DNA from: Armatimonadota bacterium
GTDB lineage: Bacteria > Armatimonadota > Fimbriimonadia > Fimbriimonadales > Fimbriimonadaceae
Length of the DNA stretch: 36,862 bases
Direction of reading: 5' to 3'
Assembly: GCA_031400935.1 (NCBI GenBank)
Contig: JANNQV010000062.1
Location: 62,001 to 98,862, forward strand
In this document: positions 18,895 through 27,864 of the stretch, one piece after another
Layout of the letters: each line of letters opens with the position of its first letter
How positions within the stretch are numbered: the first letter of the stretch is position 1
Notes under the pieces: model-generated
The model's input: only the letters and a program-made list of their open reading frames with translations
The model's database searches: none
What the model was told of the DNA's origin: nothing
Made by a program: the position numbers and the translations under genes

Positions 18895-20109
18895 ATGGTA
18901 GTAAGCAATGTTTCGGGCGTAGCGCTAACCACGAGCAGTCTATTTCTACTTGTAGTTGCTGTTGCACTGAATTCGCCACATTTGTTTTACATGAGTACGG
19001 CAATGATCGTAACGATCATTGCCGCAAGAGTGCAAGCGTCGTATTCCGTTCGAAATTTGATCGTTCATCGAAAATCTCCTGCTGAAGTGCAGATTGGACA
19101 ATCTGCGGTCATCGAATTGAGCGTCATTAGCCAGCAAAAAATTCGGCGTCCCCTAATCATGCTCTGGGATCATTTGCCTCCTCGATTAGTGAACGACAGC
19201 ATCACGCCAAGCACCCCAATCGCTCCAGGAACGGATCAGCCTGTCTGTAGCACCTACCGCTTCAACCCAACCCGCAGAGGCCGCTACCGCTGGTCAAAAT
19301 TAAGCATAATCGGAACAGATGCTCTCGGACTTATTTCAAGTGTAAAGGAGTACATAACTGATACTGCCGACATGCTCGTATTGCCGGCTCCCATCACCGT
19401 TCCATTTGATGTCGCCAACGCAGCTGGTTGGGGAAACTCGGAATCTGAACATGGACTATCGCGCGGTTCAGGAATCGAACCTCGAGGCGTTCGCGAATAC
19501 GTTTTTGGAGATTCAATGCGCTATGTTCATTGGCGCTCGACGGCAAAAACTGGGCAGATGGTTGTGAAAGAGTTTGAGACCGGTGCCTCGGCATCTTTTG
19601 CGTTCATTGTCCAAAATTTGGTCGGAACAGAAGTTGGGGAAGGTGACCGGACGACTCTCGAGCTAATGTGCGGGCACCTAGCTTACATTTGTGGTCGAAT
19701 TTTGCGACAAGGGGTTCAAGTTCAATTTCCAATCCAGGAGTCGAGCGTCGGTAAAGGCACTCCTTCGGAACGAGAACGTGATATCCTTCGAATTCTTGCA
19801 GAACTTGAAGCGGATTCGCGCTCGACATTGGCATCAGAAGTCTCGCGAGTTCAACGAAACATTATGCCGGGGGCTACAGTTCACCTTCTCCTATCAATTG
19901 CCGATCAAAATTTGCCACAGGCAGTTACGGACCTTCGGCGCAGTGGACATTCAGTCGTTTGTATGGTGTATGACGCGCTGGCTTTCCTTCCGCAAAATCA
20001 ACGATCAGCGACTGAATCAGCAACTTCGCATAAGTACCAAGATCGCTTAAGATCGGCTGGTGCGTATGTCAGAGAAATGTCCCTCGACGGACTTGGAAAG
20101 AAAGCATGA
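18895..20109 (+). CDS. DUF58 domain protein
   Basis: N-terminal TM pair, RRGRY, VREYVFGDSMRYVHWRSTAKTG...VKEFE signature. Confidence 0.9.
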   Translation: MVVSNVSGVALTTSSLFLLVVAVALNSPHLFYMSTAMIVTIIAARVQASYSVRNLIVHRKSPAEVQIGQSAVIELSVISQQKIRRPLIMLWDHLPPRLVNDSITPSTPIAPGTDQPVCSTYRFNPTRRGRYRWSKLSIIGTDALGLISSVKEYITDTADMLVLPAPITVPFDVANAAGWGNSESEHGLSRGSGIEPRGVREYVFGDSMRYVHWRSTAKTGQMVVKEFETGASASFAFIVQNLVGTEVGEGDRTTLELMCGHLAYICGRILRQGVQVQFPIQESSVGKGTPSERERDILRILAELEADSRSTLASEVSRVQRNIMPGATVHLLLSIADQNLPQAVTDLRRSGHSVVCMVYDALAFLPQNQRSATESATSHKYQDRLRSAGAYVREMSLDGLGKKA

Positions 20110-22169
20110 GAGCCTTTCAATCAATTCAACGAAACTGGATAGATTTTCTTTTGGCGTTTCTCGCTGCTGCAACGGCAACCTATTCAGTTGGAATGGGATT
20201 GTCAAATCCACCGCTTAGTTTTCTTTTTGTCGGTGGCATAGCTGCAGGAAGCTTCATTGCGTATGCTGTTTCCCGAATGTTTGACCAAGTCAAATGGCTT
20301 GAAACTCTATCCATTTTTCTATACATCGGCCTGGCTCTGGCAGCTACGATGCTTTCTAGCCGGGTGAACAGTGGTTTGCCAAGCGGCGGTTTCCCCCGCG
20401 AGCTCACAGGTTCTGCCGGAACGTTATGCTGGATGTTGATGCTCGGCAGTTTCGTTGCTTGGCGAGATCAAATACTTCTGTTCCAAAGCATTCCATGCAT
20501 TGCATTGTTTGGCTTGGTTGGCGCCTTTAACACCTTTAATGGTGCGACCTTAACCTTCTTCGTATTCATGCTCTCGATTGCTTTGCTTTATGCCCGATGT
20601 CACCGAAGAGTAATGCTCGATCGTGCTGTGCGATCTGGGTTCCCGCATGTCGCCTCCCTCCGTGCCGGACCATGGAGGTGGATGGCAGGACCAGAATGGG
20701 GACTTGCTTCCGCTGCCATTGTCATCGTACTTAGTCTAATTGGTGCGCCAATTCTTCAGTTTTCGATGAAGCAAGTATCAGGTGCTGTTTCCATTAGGCC
20801 ACCTCAACTGCCTCCTCAAATTCCTCGGCCATTTTCATCAGCTGTGCAGCATGGTGAGTCGTCCGCAATTGGACAGGGCCCTCGAGGGTATGTGACAGAA
20901 CGTGAAGTGTTTCGAGTAAAGCTTCCCGAAGCCAGGTATATGCGAATCGGGGCTTTCAACGAATACTCAAAGGGAGTTTGGCGTCGGCTTCCGGAAGCAA
21001 ATGGACGTCAAGAAACGCCAGAAATTCGAAGGAATACTGCATTTCCTTTTCTATTTCAAGATGAATTGCAGAAGAACTTTCAGAATATGGAGTTCAAGAT
21101 TAAGTTTGCTGGAAGGCCAATGGACAAATTTCCAGCTCCCGTAGTTTTTAGCGGAATGAAAGATTCTCGACTGACTCGAAGAAACGGCTCAGGTGATTAC
21201 GATTTGGCAATTGTTCCCGAAAGAGGCCAAGCTCTTAGTGGCACTTTTTGGAGGCTTAAGGATTCCTTTCAGCCGAGAACATCACCGAAAAGAGGCGACA
21301 GCATCAACCTATTCCTGGCGACTAATTCAGTTTCTCCAAAAGTCGTTGCTTGGGCAAAAGAGCTAACGGCGAATCTGGGTTCAGATATTGAAAAAGCCGT
21401 GGCAATCAAAGCAGCCATTGAACGACAATCAAAATACAACTTAAACGCTGAAGCTGCTCCGGAAGGTGTTGATCCAGTTGAGGATTTCCTCTTTGGGGAA
21501 ACGAGAGAAGGGTACTGCGACCTTTTTGCCAGCTCAATGGCTCAAATGGCACGCGCGGCAGGAATGCCAGCAAGGTACGTTGTCGGATATTTTCCAGTAT
21601 CACTTCAAACGGATGCGGACGGCTACTTTATCGTACGTGAGGCTGACTTCCACGCCTGGGCGGAAATTTATTTTGATGGAGCTGGTTGGCTCGCATTTGA
21701 CACGACGGAGGGGGCTGAACAGGTTCCCGGTGGAGAGCGCGGTTCCGCACGAGATAAGGTTCCTTTTCTCGAAACAGATTTGTTCTATTGGGGAATTCGG
21801 TCATTGCTTGGATTGCTCATACTCACGGGAGTAGGCCTTCTGATTCGGTCGTGGAAAGTACCAGTTGCAAACGAAACCCTCATTCTCAGGCGATTGACTG
21901 ACTCCTACGGTCAATTTGTCGGAGCCCTTGAAATTGCATCAGACATGGAAAAACCGACGGGAGATAGTCCCCAAGAATTCTTCTCTCGTGTTAGCGACCA
22001 CATTGGCGATCTCAAGGAACCCGCAGCAAAGCTAACTGGCGAATTCGTTCCGCTATTGTTTGGGCCAACGGCCCCAAGCGAGGAAGTGACGACTAAATTG
22101 AAAAATTCCGTTTCAGGTCTTGCAAAAAGCGCAAAGGCTTACGCGCGAACCCAGCGCCGAAAGCCATAA
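20106..22169 (+). CDS. membrane transglutaminase-like (TgpA-type) protein
   Basis: Multi-TM N-terminus; catalytic triad GYCDLFA / HAWAE / FDTT; ATGA overlap with the DUF58 gene. Confidence 0.9.
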   Translation: MRAFQSIQRNWIDFLLAFLAAATATYSVGMGLSNPPLSFLFVGGIAAGSFIAYAVSRMFDQVKWLETLSIFLYIGLALAATMLSSRVNSGLPSGGFPRELTGSAGTLCWMLMLGSFVAWRDQILLFQSIPCIALFGLVGAFNTFNGATLTFFVFMLSIALLYARCHRRVMLDRAVRSGFPHVASLRAGPWRWMAGPEWGLASAAIVIVLSLIGAPILQFSMKQVSGAVSIRPPQLPPQIPRPFSSAVQHGESSAIGQGPRGYVTEREVFRVKLPEARYMRIGAFNEYSKGVWRRLPEANGRQETPEIRRNTAFPFLFQDELQKNFQNMEFKIKFAGRPMDKFPAPVVFSGMKDSRLTRRNGSGDYDLAIVPERGQALSGTFWRLKDSFQPRTSPKRGDSINLFLATNSVSPKVVAWAKELTANLGSDIEKAVAIKAAIERQSKYNLNAEAAPEGVDPVEDFLFGETREGYCDLFASSMAQMARAAGMPARYVVGYFPVSLQTDADGYFIVREADFHAWAEIYFDGAGWLAFDTTEGAEQVPGGERGSARDKVPFLETDLFYWGIRSLLGLLILTGVGLLIRSWKVPVANETLILRRLTDSYGQFVGALEIASDMEKPTGDSPQEFFSRVSDHIGDLKEPAAKLTGEFVPLLFGPTAPSEEVTTKLKNSVSGLAKSAKAYARTQRRKP

Positions 22170-22175
22170 TCTCCT

Positions 22176-23264
22176 ATCAAGTCATTCCTTCCTACAAATA
22201 TTCTGCAATCTCGCGTTGTTCTTTTGGGCGGTGGGGAAGATGTCCTGCGTTCTGACACCTTTCGCGAACTTCTCGGATTGACGACTGCCGATGGCGACTT
22301 TGACCTTGAAACAACAACCGGTGATCGGCCATTCGGCGAGTGGCTTGGTTCGGCTTTAACGGCACCGTTTCTCTCGGAAAAGCGAACGGTGATTGTTCGA
22401 AATGTACTCCGTATCAGCGACTTCGACGATCATAAAGAAGCAATCATTAAGGGCTTGCAAGGACTGCCTCCCACGGCGATAGTTGTTCTCGTCGCAGACA
22501 CAGAGCAAGGCGACGAAGACAAGCAAAAGCGACTCGCTACCGTTCTAAAAAAATGGGAATCGGTTGTCTCTAAAGTCAAGGGAACATCAATCAGCTTCGT
22601 ACTTGATGCGAGTGTTGCTAAGAGAGCACTGAAGGAAGCTGCAGAATTGGCGGGAAAGAAGCTAGCTGAACCCGGATTGTCCTTGCTCATTGAAATGGCT
22701 GGGGGGAGCCTTTCGCGCTCAACGGAAGAACTTGAAAAGTTGATTCTGTATCTGGGAAGCGAAACGACCATTAGAGAAGCCGACATTCGGAGCCTTGTCG
22801 TCCCTTCAAGAGAATGGAAAATTACGAACTTGGTTCGTGCAACGCTTTCCAGAAAACCTCAGGAAGCATTGACTCAGCTTGCCATCCTCTTTGAATCATT
22901 TGGAAAGGTCGAAAATGCCGCGTTCCAACGAATTCTGCCTACTTTCACTCGAAGCTTGCGAGGAGTTTGGCAAGCCCGGTTGATTTTGGATGCGGGTGCG
23001 CGATTGCCCAATTTGCCCGAAAATGTGACCGCGATGTTGCCACTAAATGGAGCTATTACATCTGATCCCGAATGGAGTGTAAATGCTTCGTTCCAAATGG
23101 CAAGGATGACTAATCTTGAGTCACTTGCGACGTGTTTTCAATTGTTGGCTGATGCCGATGCACGACTGAAAGGGATTCTCGATTCAGCAAATACACGAGA
23201 CACTTTGGAGCGAATGATCCTCGAAATGGCAACTGCGGTTCGAGTACCCGAGCCCAGCCGGTAA
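22176..23264 (+). CDS. holA: DNA polymerase III delta subunit (start codon uncertain)
   Basis: VVLLGGGED N-terminus, APFLSEKRTVIV, ELEKLILY, C-terminal DARLKG...LERMI; the first canonical start (TTG 22224) would cut the first beta-strand. Confidence 0.8.
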   Translation: MKSFLPTNILQSRVVLLGGGEDVLRSDTFRELLGLTTADGDFDLETTTGDRPFGEWLGSALTAPFLSEKRTVIVRNVLRISDFDDHKEAIIKGLQGLPPTAIVVLVADTEQGDEDKQKRLATVLKKWESVVSKVKGTSISFVLDASVAKRALKEAAELAGKKLAEPGLSLLIEMAGGSLSRSTEELEKLILYLGSETTIREADIRSLVVPSREWKITNLVRATLSRKPQEALTQLAILFESFGKVENAAFQRILPTFTRSLRGVWQARLILDAGARLPNLPENVTAMLPLNGAITSDPEWSVNASFQMARMTNLESLATCFQLLADADARLKGILDSANTRDTLERMILEMATAVRVPEPSR

Positions 23265-23315
23265 CTTGCAAAGAAGGATTTCCTCGACCCTAAATTGAAT
23301 TCAAACTGTGAAACT

Positions 23316-23870
23316 ATGGATCAGCAACTTCCTCCACCCGAAAACGAAACATCGGTGCCTATCGCGAAAAGGACCACGAACGGCCCGAAAACCATTCATC
23401 CAGCAATCCGAAAAGTCTGGTTGTTTTCTGCATTCATGAGCGTGCTGACTGTTGGAGCCATGATGCTTGCGGTAGCGATTCCGCTCATTATCTCGATGCG
23501 GAGACATCCCGAACGGGCATTCTGGTCAACTTTGGGAATCGCCCTGCTAATTCTGATTTGGATCGGAATCGTGATCTATACGATGGCTCGAATCAAGGCC
23601 CAATGGAAGAATTGGACATACGAAGTCCGCGAGCACGATGTCGTTCTCAGTTGGGGAGTTCTGTGGCGAACGAGACGCCATGTCGCAAGAGACCGAATAC
23701 AGCATCTAGACATCAATTCTGGCCCGCTAGACCGAAGATTTGGATTAGTTCAAGTCGGCGTTTTTACGGCTGGCGCACATGGTACGGTTGGAATAATTCC
23801 TGGCTTGACGAATGCCGAAGCCGAAGACCTTCGGGACATGATTTTGGAGTCTCAAGCCGAGCATGTTTAA
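23316..23870 (+). CDS. bPH_2 (YdbS-like) membrane protein
   Basis: Two TM helices followed by RIQHLDINSGPLDRRFGL...TAG...IPGL, a bacterial PH domain. Confidence 0.85.
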   Translation: MDQQLPPPENETSVPIAKRTTNGPKTIHPAIRKVWLFSAFMSVLTVGAMMLAVAIPLIISMRRHPERAFWSTLGIALLILIWIGIVIYTMARIKAQWKNWTYEVREHDVVLSWGVLWRTRRHVARDRIQHLDINSGPLDRRFGLVQVGVFTAGAHGTVGIIPGLTNAEAEDLRDMILESQAEHV

Positions 23871-25323
23871 CACGCCTCGCCGATTGCATTACGCGAGTAT
23901 TTTGCTGGGTGGCATCACGTATGTCAAACAGGCGCTTTGGCCATTGGTCTTGGCGGTGTTCGCAGGCTCACGCGGAAATGACGAGCCATTCTTTTTCGTG
24001 CTCTTAATCAGTGCACTCATTGGACTTGTTGGCCTTGTCGGGCCATCTATAGGCTTCTTCTTTACGAATTACGTGATTCGTGACGATTCGCTGATTGTAA
24101 ACACTGGCTGGATTTGGAAAAAGACGCGAGTAATCCCTCTAGCGCGAATCCAAAACGTAAATCTTCGCCGAAACATGCTTCATCGGCTGGTAAATGCATC
24201 GTCGGTGTCGGTGGAGACCGCCGCTGGTGCTGGAGTCGAAGCTGAGCTTTCCGCAGTTTCCTTGGAAGACGCCGAGTTACTGCAAACCGTATTGATGCAA
24301 CGGAAGACTGAAACTACTCCTGTTATGCAGCATTTTGAGCCTGTATTGTATGAACTCACCACTCGGAGGCTACTGATTGCTGGGGCGCTCAACAATCGTC
24401 TGATGTACATCGTTGCGGGTTTGATTGGTGCAATTCAGCTGGGCGAATTTAGCAAGACTATTTTAAATCCGATTGCGAATTGGCTAGAAAAACTTTCGCC
24501 CGTCCAGGCCGCGATGATAGCCACCGCTGGGTTTTTTGGGCTAATTCTCTTAGGCTGGATATTTTCAGTCGCTTATTCGTTTTCTCGTTTCTATGGATTT
24601 CGAATGGTTCGGCACTCGAAAGGTCTTCAGCTCAAATACGGTCTCTTTACAAAGATCGAAAACATAGTTCCAACTGGAAGAGTCCAAACACTGCGAATCG
24701 GGCAACCATTGTTTTACCAATGGTTTGGATTTTGCGAAATTTTCGCCGACACAGCAGGCTCATTTGATGCAAAGGAAATGGGAGGCGCAAACAAACTTTG
24801 CCCGATAACAGAACTCGATGAAATTGACTCGATTGGTAGCATTGTTTTTCCAAATTTCAATTTTTCTGCGTTTCAATGGAAATCGGGAAGCCGCAAAGCG
24901 ATCTATCGTTACTTTGTTAGCGATTTGCTCGTAAATCTGATTGTCTTGCTTCCGGTTTGCGTATATTTCTTCTCATGGAAGGGACTCATCGCTCCTGGAA
25001 TTCTCATTCCGCTTAGCTTCCTCCTGACAAAACTGAAACATCGGTATGTCGGCTACGCCGAGCAGTATGGGTTCATTGCATCGAGACGCGGTTTTTGGCG
25101 GCGGGATGTGATTGCAATGCCGATAGATCGAACCCAAATCATTGCGGTCAATCAGTCTTTCTTTCAAAAACGATGGAAGCTTGCAGATCTGGAAGCTATG
25201 TCTAGCGCCCCCCAAGGAATCGTAAAGATCGAGAATTTGGACTATGAAATTGCGCTGGAATTGCAAGAAAGGCTTTCGGTCGAAGGGCAAGATCGAAGAC
25301 GGGCATGGAAGGGTGGGAATTGA
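23863..25323 (+). CDS. YdbT-like membrane protein with three bPH_2 domains
   Basis: IPLARIQNV, VPTGRVQTL and MPIDRTQII PH repeats, each after a TM pair; overlaps the YdbS-like gene. Confidence 0.85.
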   Translation: MFNTPRRLHYASILLGGITYVKQALWPLVLAVFAGSRGNDEPFFFVLLISALIGLVGLVGPSIGFFFTNYVIRDDSLIVNTGWIWKKTRVIPLARIQNVNLRRNMLHRLVNASSVSVETAAGAGVEAELSAVSLEDAELLQTVLMQRKTETTPVMQHFEPVLYELTTRRLLIAGALNNRLMYIVAGLIGAIQLGEFSKTILNPIANWLEKLSPVQAAMIATAGFFGLILLGWIFSVAYSFSRFYGFRMVRHSKGLQLKYGLFTKIENIVPTGRVQTLRIGQPLFYQWFGFCEIFADTAGSFDAKEMGGANKLCPITELDEIDSIGSIVFPNFNFSAFQWKSGSRKAIYRYFVSDLLVNLIVLLPVCVYFFSWKGLIAPGILIPLSFLLTKLKHRYVGYAEQYGFIASRRGFWRRDVIAMPIDRTQIIAVNQSFFQKRWKLADLEAMSSAPQGIVKIENLDYEIALELQERLSVEGQDRRRAWKGGN

Positions 25324-25481
25324 GGGGAGGGCTCAGGATTTGGGGTACAAGGTGCTGGCTATGGGGTATGGGGTACTGCCGTCCGAGAACAAGAGTGAAA
25401 TTGGCAATCGGTCGCCAGTGAAAAATGTTAGACTTTTGCGTAGCGACCCTATCCCCTAAACCCTATCCCCCCAAACCCCAA
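25323..25481. repeat. G-rich/C-rich inverted heptamer element, copy 2
   Basis: TTTGGGGT...TATGGGG TATGGGG after the stop; ACCCT ATCCCCT AAACCCT ATCCCCC CAAACCCCA runs up to the next ATG. Confidence 0.7.
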
Positions 25482-27647
25482 ATGCCCAACCAACTCCAAA
25501 CCAGTGCATCGCCCTACTTACGGCAACACGCCAACGATCCGGTTGATTGGCACGAATGGACTCCAGAAACTTTGCAACAGGCAATCGCGGAAAACAAGCC
25601 AATTTTCCTGAGCATCGGATACAGTTCGTGCCATTGGTGCCATGTGATGCAGCACGAGTCATTTCAAAATCAAGCCGTGGCTGACACGCTAAATCAGTCG
25701 TTTATTAGCATCAAAGTTGACCGCGAGGAACGGCCAGATCTGGACGAAACTTACATGACCGCCGTCCAATTGCAGTCTGGCAGGGGCGGTTGGCCGATGT
25801 CGGTTTTTCTCACTCCCGATTGCAAGCCGATTGTCGCAGGAACCTATTTTCCGCTCAATGATCGTCCTCCAAACCCCGGGTTCCTTTCAATGACTTTGCA
25901 GATTGCCGCACTGTGGAAAGAAAGGCCGACCGAATTGCTCGAAGTAGCTAACGAATTCGCATTGCAAGTTCAAACTGCGACTGAAAGGGAATCTCCGACG
26001 ACTTTTTCTGAGTTGACGATCGAATTGATTGAAGCTGGGATTAAAGATTTTGAGGCTGAATTTGACACGAAGAACGGCGGATTTGGCGGTGCCCCAAAGT
26101 TTCCCCCACATTGCGGACTCGATTTGTTTCTCACGGCCTTTCAAGGCGGAGCCGTTGATTCAACGCTGAGGCCGGCAGGCCTTCACATGGCTCTGAAAAC
26201 ACTAGAAAGAATTGCAATGGGCGGAATTCACGATGTTATGGGCGGCGGCTTTCACCGATACAGCACAGACGCAGAATGGATTCTGCCTCACTTTGAAAAG
26301 ATGCTTTCCGACAACGTGCTCTTGCTAGGACTCTATGGTCGCGCGGCACATGCAGTTCGAATCACGCAACCCGAACGAGCGAAATCGTTTCAAGTTGTAG
26401 CAGACGGAATCGTGGATTGGCTGAATCGAGAAATGCGAGATTCAAACGGGCTTCTATGTTCAGCTTTGGACGCCGACATAGGAGGTCACGAAGGCACAAC
26501 TTATGTTTGGTCAATGCAGGAGATATCTGATGCTTTGGGTGATCGCGATGAACAGTTTTGGTGGGCTTATCAGTTCACGGAGACTGGGAATTTCTTGGAA
26601 GAAAGCACTGGGCTGCCGACTGGAAAAAATGTGCTTTGCCAAAGAAACGCCGACGAAACTGTACCTCGCGAATGGCTTAACGAATTACTCGCTGCTCGAA
26701 ACAAAACGCCGCAACCCAAGCGAGATGACAAGTGCATCACAGGTTGGAACGGGCTTGCAATTGCTGGTTTGGCTCAGGCTGGATTTCCAAAGGAAGGCGT
26801 TGAACTCGCGGAAAAGTGGCTTGAAATCGTGAAAGCTGAAGGCAAAGTTCCAAGATTTGTCATGAAAGGAACGGCTTTTGGCAATGGATTTTTGGACGAC
26901 TATGCCTACCTTGCTTATGGGTTTGTAGAGTTGCATCGGTGCGTTGGCGGAAACTGGAAGCTTCATGCCACGGAGCTATTGGATCAGATGTTTGACCAGT
27001 TCTACGATCAGGAAAACGGTGGCTTTTTTGGTTCAAGCAATTCGCATGAACGGCTTTTTGGGCGGTCAAAGCCATATTTTGATCAGCCGGTTCCGTCTGC
27101 GAATTCGATAGCGATTCGAGTTGCTCAATATGTATCGCCAACTGATCCAAGGATTAGGAAGACTTTGGAATCTAGTCTAGGTTGGATGGAACGGGCACCG
27201 CAAGCTACTGCGTCGTTGCTAGGTTGCCTTCACGAATTCTGTTTGAATACCGGAGCCATGGAGGGCGAACTTGCAATCAGGACTGTTCAAGTTGTGCTTG
27301 ACAACAGCGAAATTGTTGCCGGAATTGACGGTTGGGCAGAAGGGAAAATCCAAATTGAAATCCCGCAAAACATGCATATCAATGGTCCCAATCCTCCATT
27401 GAAATGGCTCGTTCCGCTAAAAATTGAGTTCAACGGTTTAAAGGGAACTGTCGAATACCCGGACTCTGACGAATTCGGAATTGTTGGAAAAGCCGAGATT
27501 CAGTTTGCTGTGCAGATGACCGTAAAAGCAGACATCGAAGAATGTGAAATCAGTGTAAGTTTTCAGGCGTGTACCGATTCGGAATGCCTTTTGGAGGAAA
27601 CTCGGCGTTTAGCCCTATTGGTTAGGGTGCCGCATGGGCGAAAATAG
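25482..27647 (+). CDS. thioredoxin-domain protein (YyaL/SPATA20, DUF255) fused to a C-terminal DsbD-N/DsbC-corrector-like domain
   Basis: NQL...SPYLRQHA..PVDW, CHWC, KVDREERPD, GGWP, PHFEKML; C-terminal MHIN...FQACTDSECL; start 25482, because the track start at 25425 translates the repeat. Confidence 0.9.
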   Translation: MPNQLQTSASPYLRQHANDPVDWHEWTPETLQQAIAENKPIFLSIGYSSCHWCHVMQHESFQNQAVADTLNQSFISIKVDREERPDLDETYMTAVQLQSGRGGWPMSVFLTPDCKPIVAGTYFPLNDRPPNPGFLSMTLQIAALWKERPTELLEVANEFALQVQTATERESPTTFSELTIELIEAGIKDFEAEFDTKNGGFGGAPKFPPHCGLDLFLTAFQGGAVDSTLRPAGLHMALKTLERIAMGGIHDVMGGGFHRYSTDAEWILPHFEKMLSDNVLLLGLYGRAAHAVRITQPERAKSFQVVADGIVDWLNREMRDSNGLLCSALDADIGGHEGTTYVWSMQEISDALGDRDEQFWWAYQFTETGNFLEESTGLPTGKNVLCQRNADETVPREWLNELLAARNKTPQPKRDDKCITGWNGLAIAGLAQAGFPKEGVELAEKWLEIVKAEGKVPRFVMKGTAFGNGFLDDYAYLAYGFVELHRCVGGNWKLHATELLDQMFDQFYDQENGGFFGSSNSHERLFGRSKPYFDQPVPSANSIAIRVAQYVSPTDPRIRKTLESSLGWMERAPQATASLLGCLHEFCLNTGAMEGELAIRTVQVVLDNSEIVAGIDGWAEGKIQIEIPQNMHINGPNPPLKWLVPLKIEFNGLKGTVEYPDSDEFGIVGKAEIQFAVQMTVKADIEECEISVSFQACTDSECLLEETRRLALLVRVPHGRK

Positions 27648-27653
27648 GCCGCT

Positions 27654-27838
27654 CGGGTATGGGGTCTAGGGTTAAGGGGATGCTTTGATAACGCACCCAA
27701 CTTCAATCCCCGGCCCCCAAACACCAAACCCTAAACCCTAAACCCTAAACCCTAAACCCTAAACCCTAAACCCTAAACCCTAAACCCTAAACCCTAAACC
27801 CTAAACCCTAAACCCTATCCCCTATCCCCTGAACCCCC
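27654..27838. repeat. G-rich/C-rich inverted heptamer element, copy 3, containing (AAACCCT)13
   Basis: 13 perfect AAACCCT units at 27726-27816, then ATCCCCT x2; G-rich arm GGGTATGGGGTCTAGGGTTAAGGGG at 27655-27679. Confidence 0.95.
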
Positions 27839-27864
27839 GGACTGCTTTCCAGGTACAAACTGCA

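Noticed and set aside
17926..22169. MoxR-DUF58-transglutaminase as a novel system
   Set aside because: This is a well-known, widespread operon arrangement.
27726..27816. Eukaryotic telomere contamination or a true chromosome end
   Set aside because: The array is internal, lies between intact bacterial genes, grades into degenerate heptamers on both sides, and has related elements at 13604 and 25323. Read-level confirmation is still advisable.
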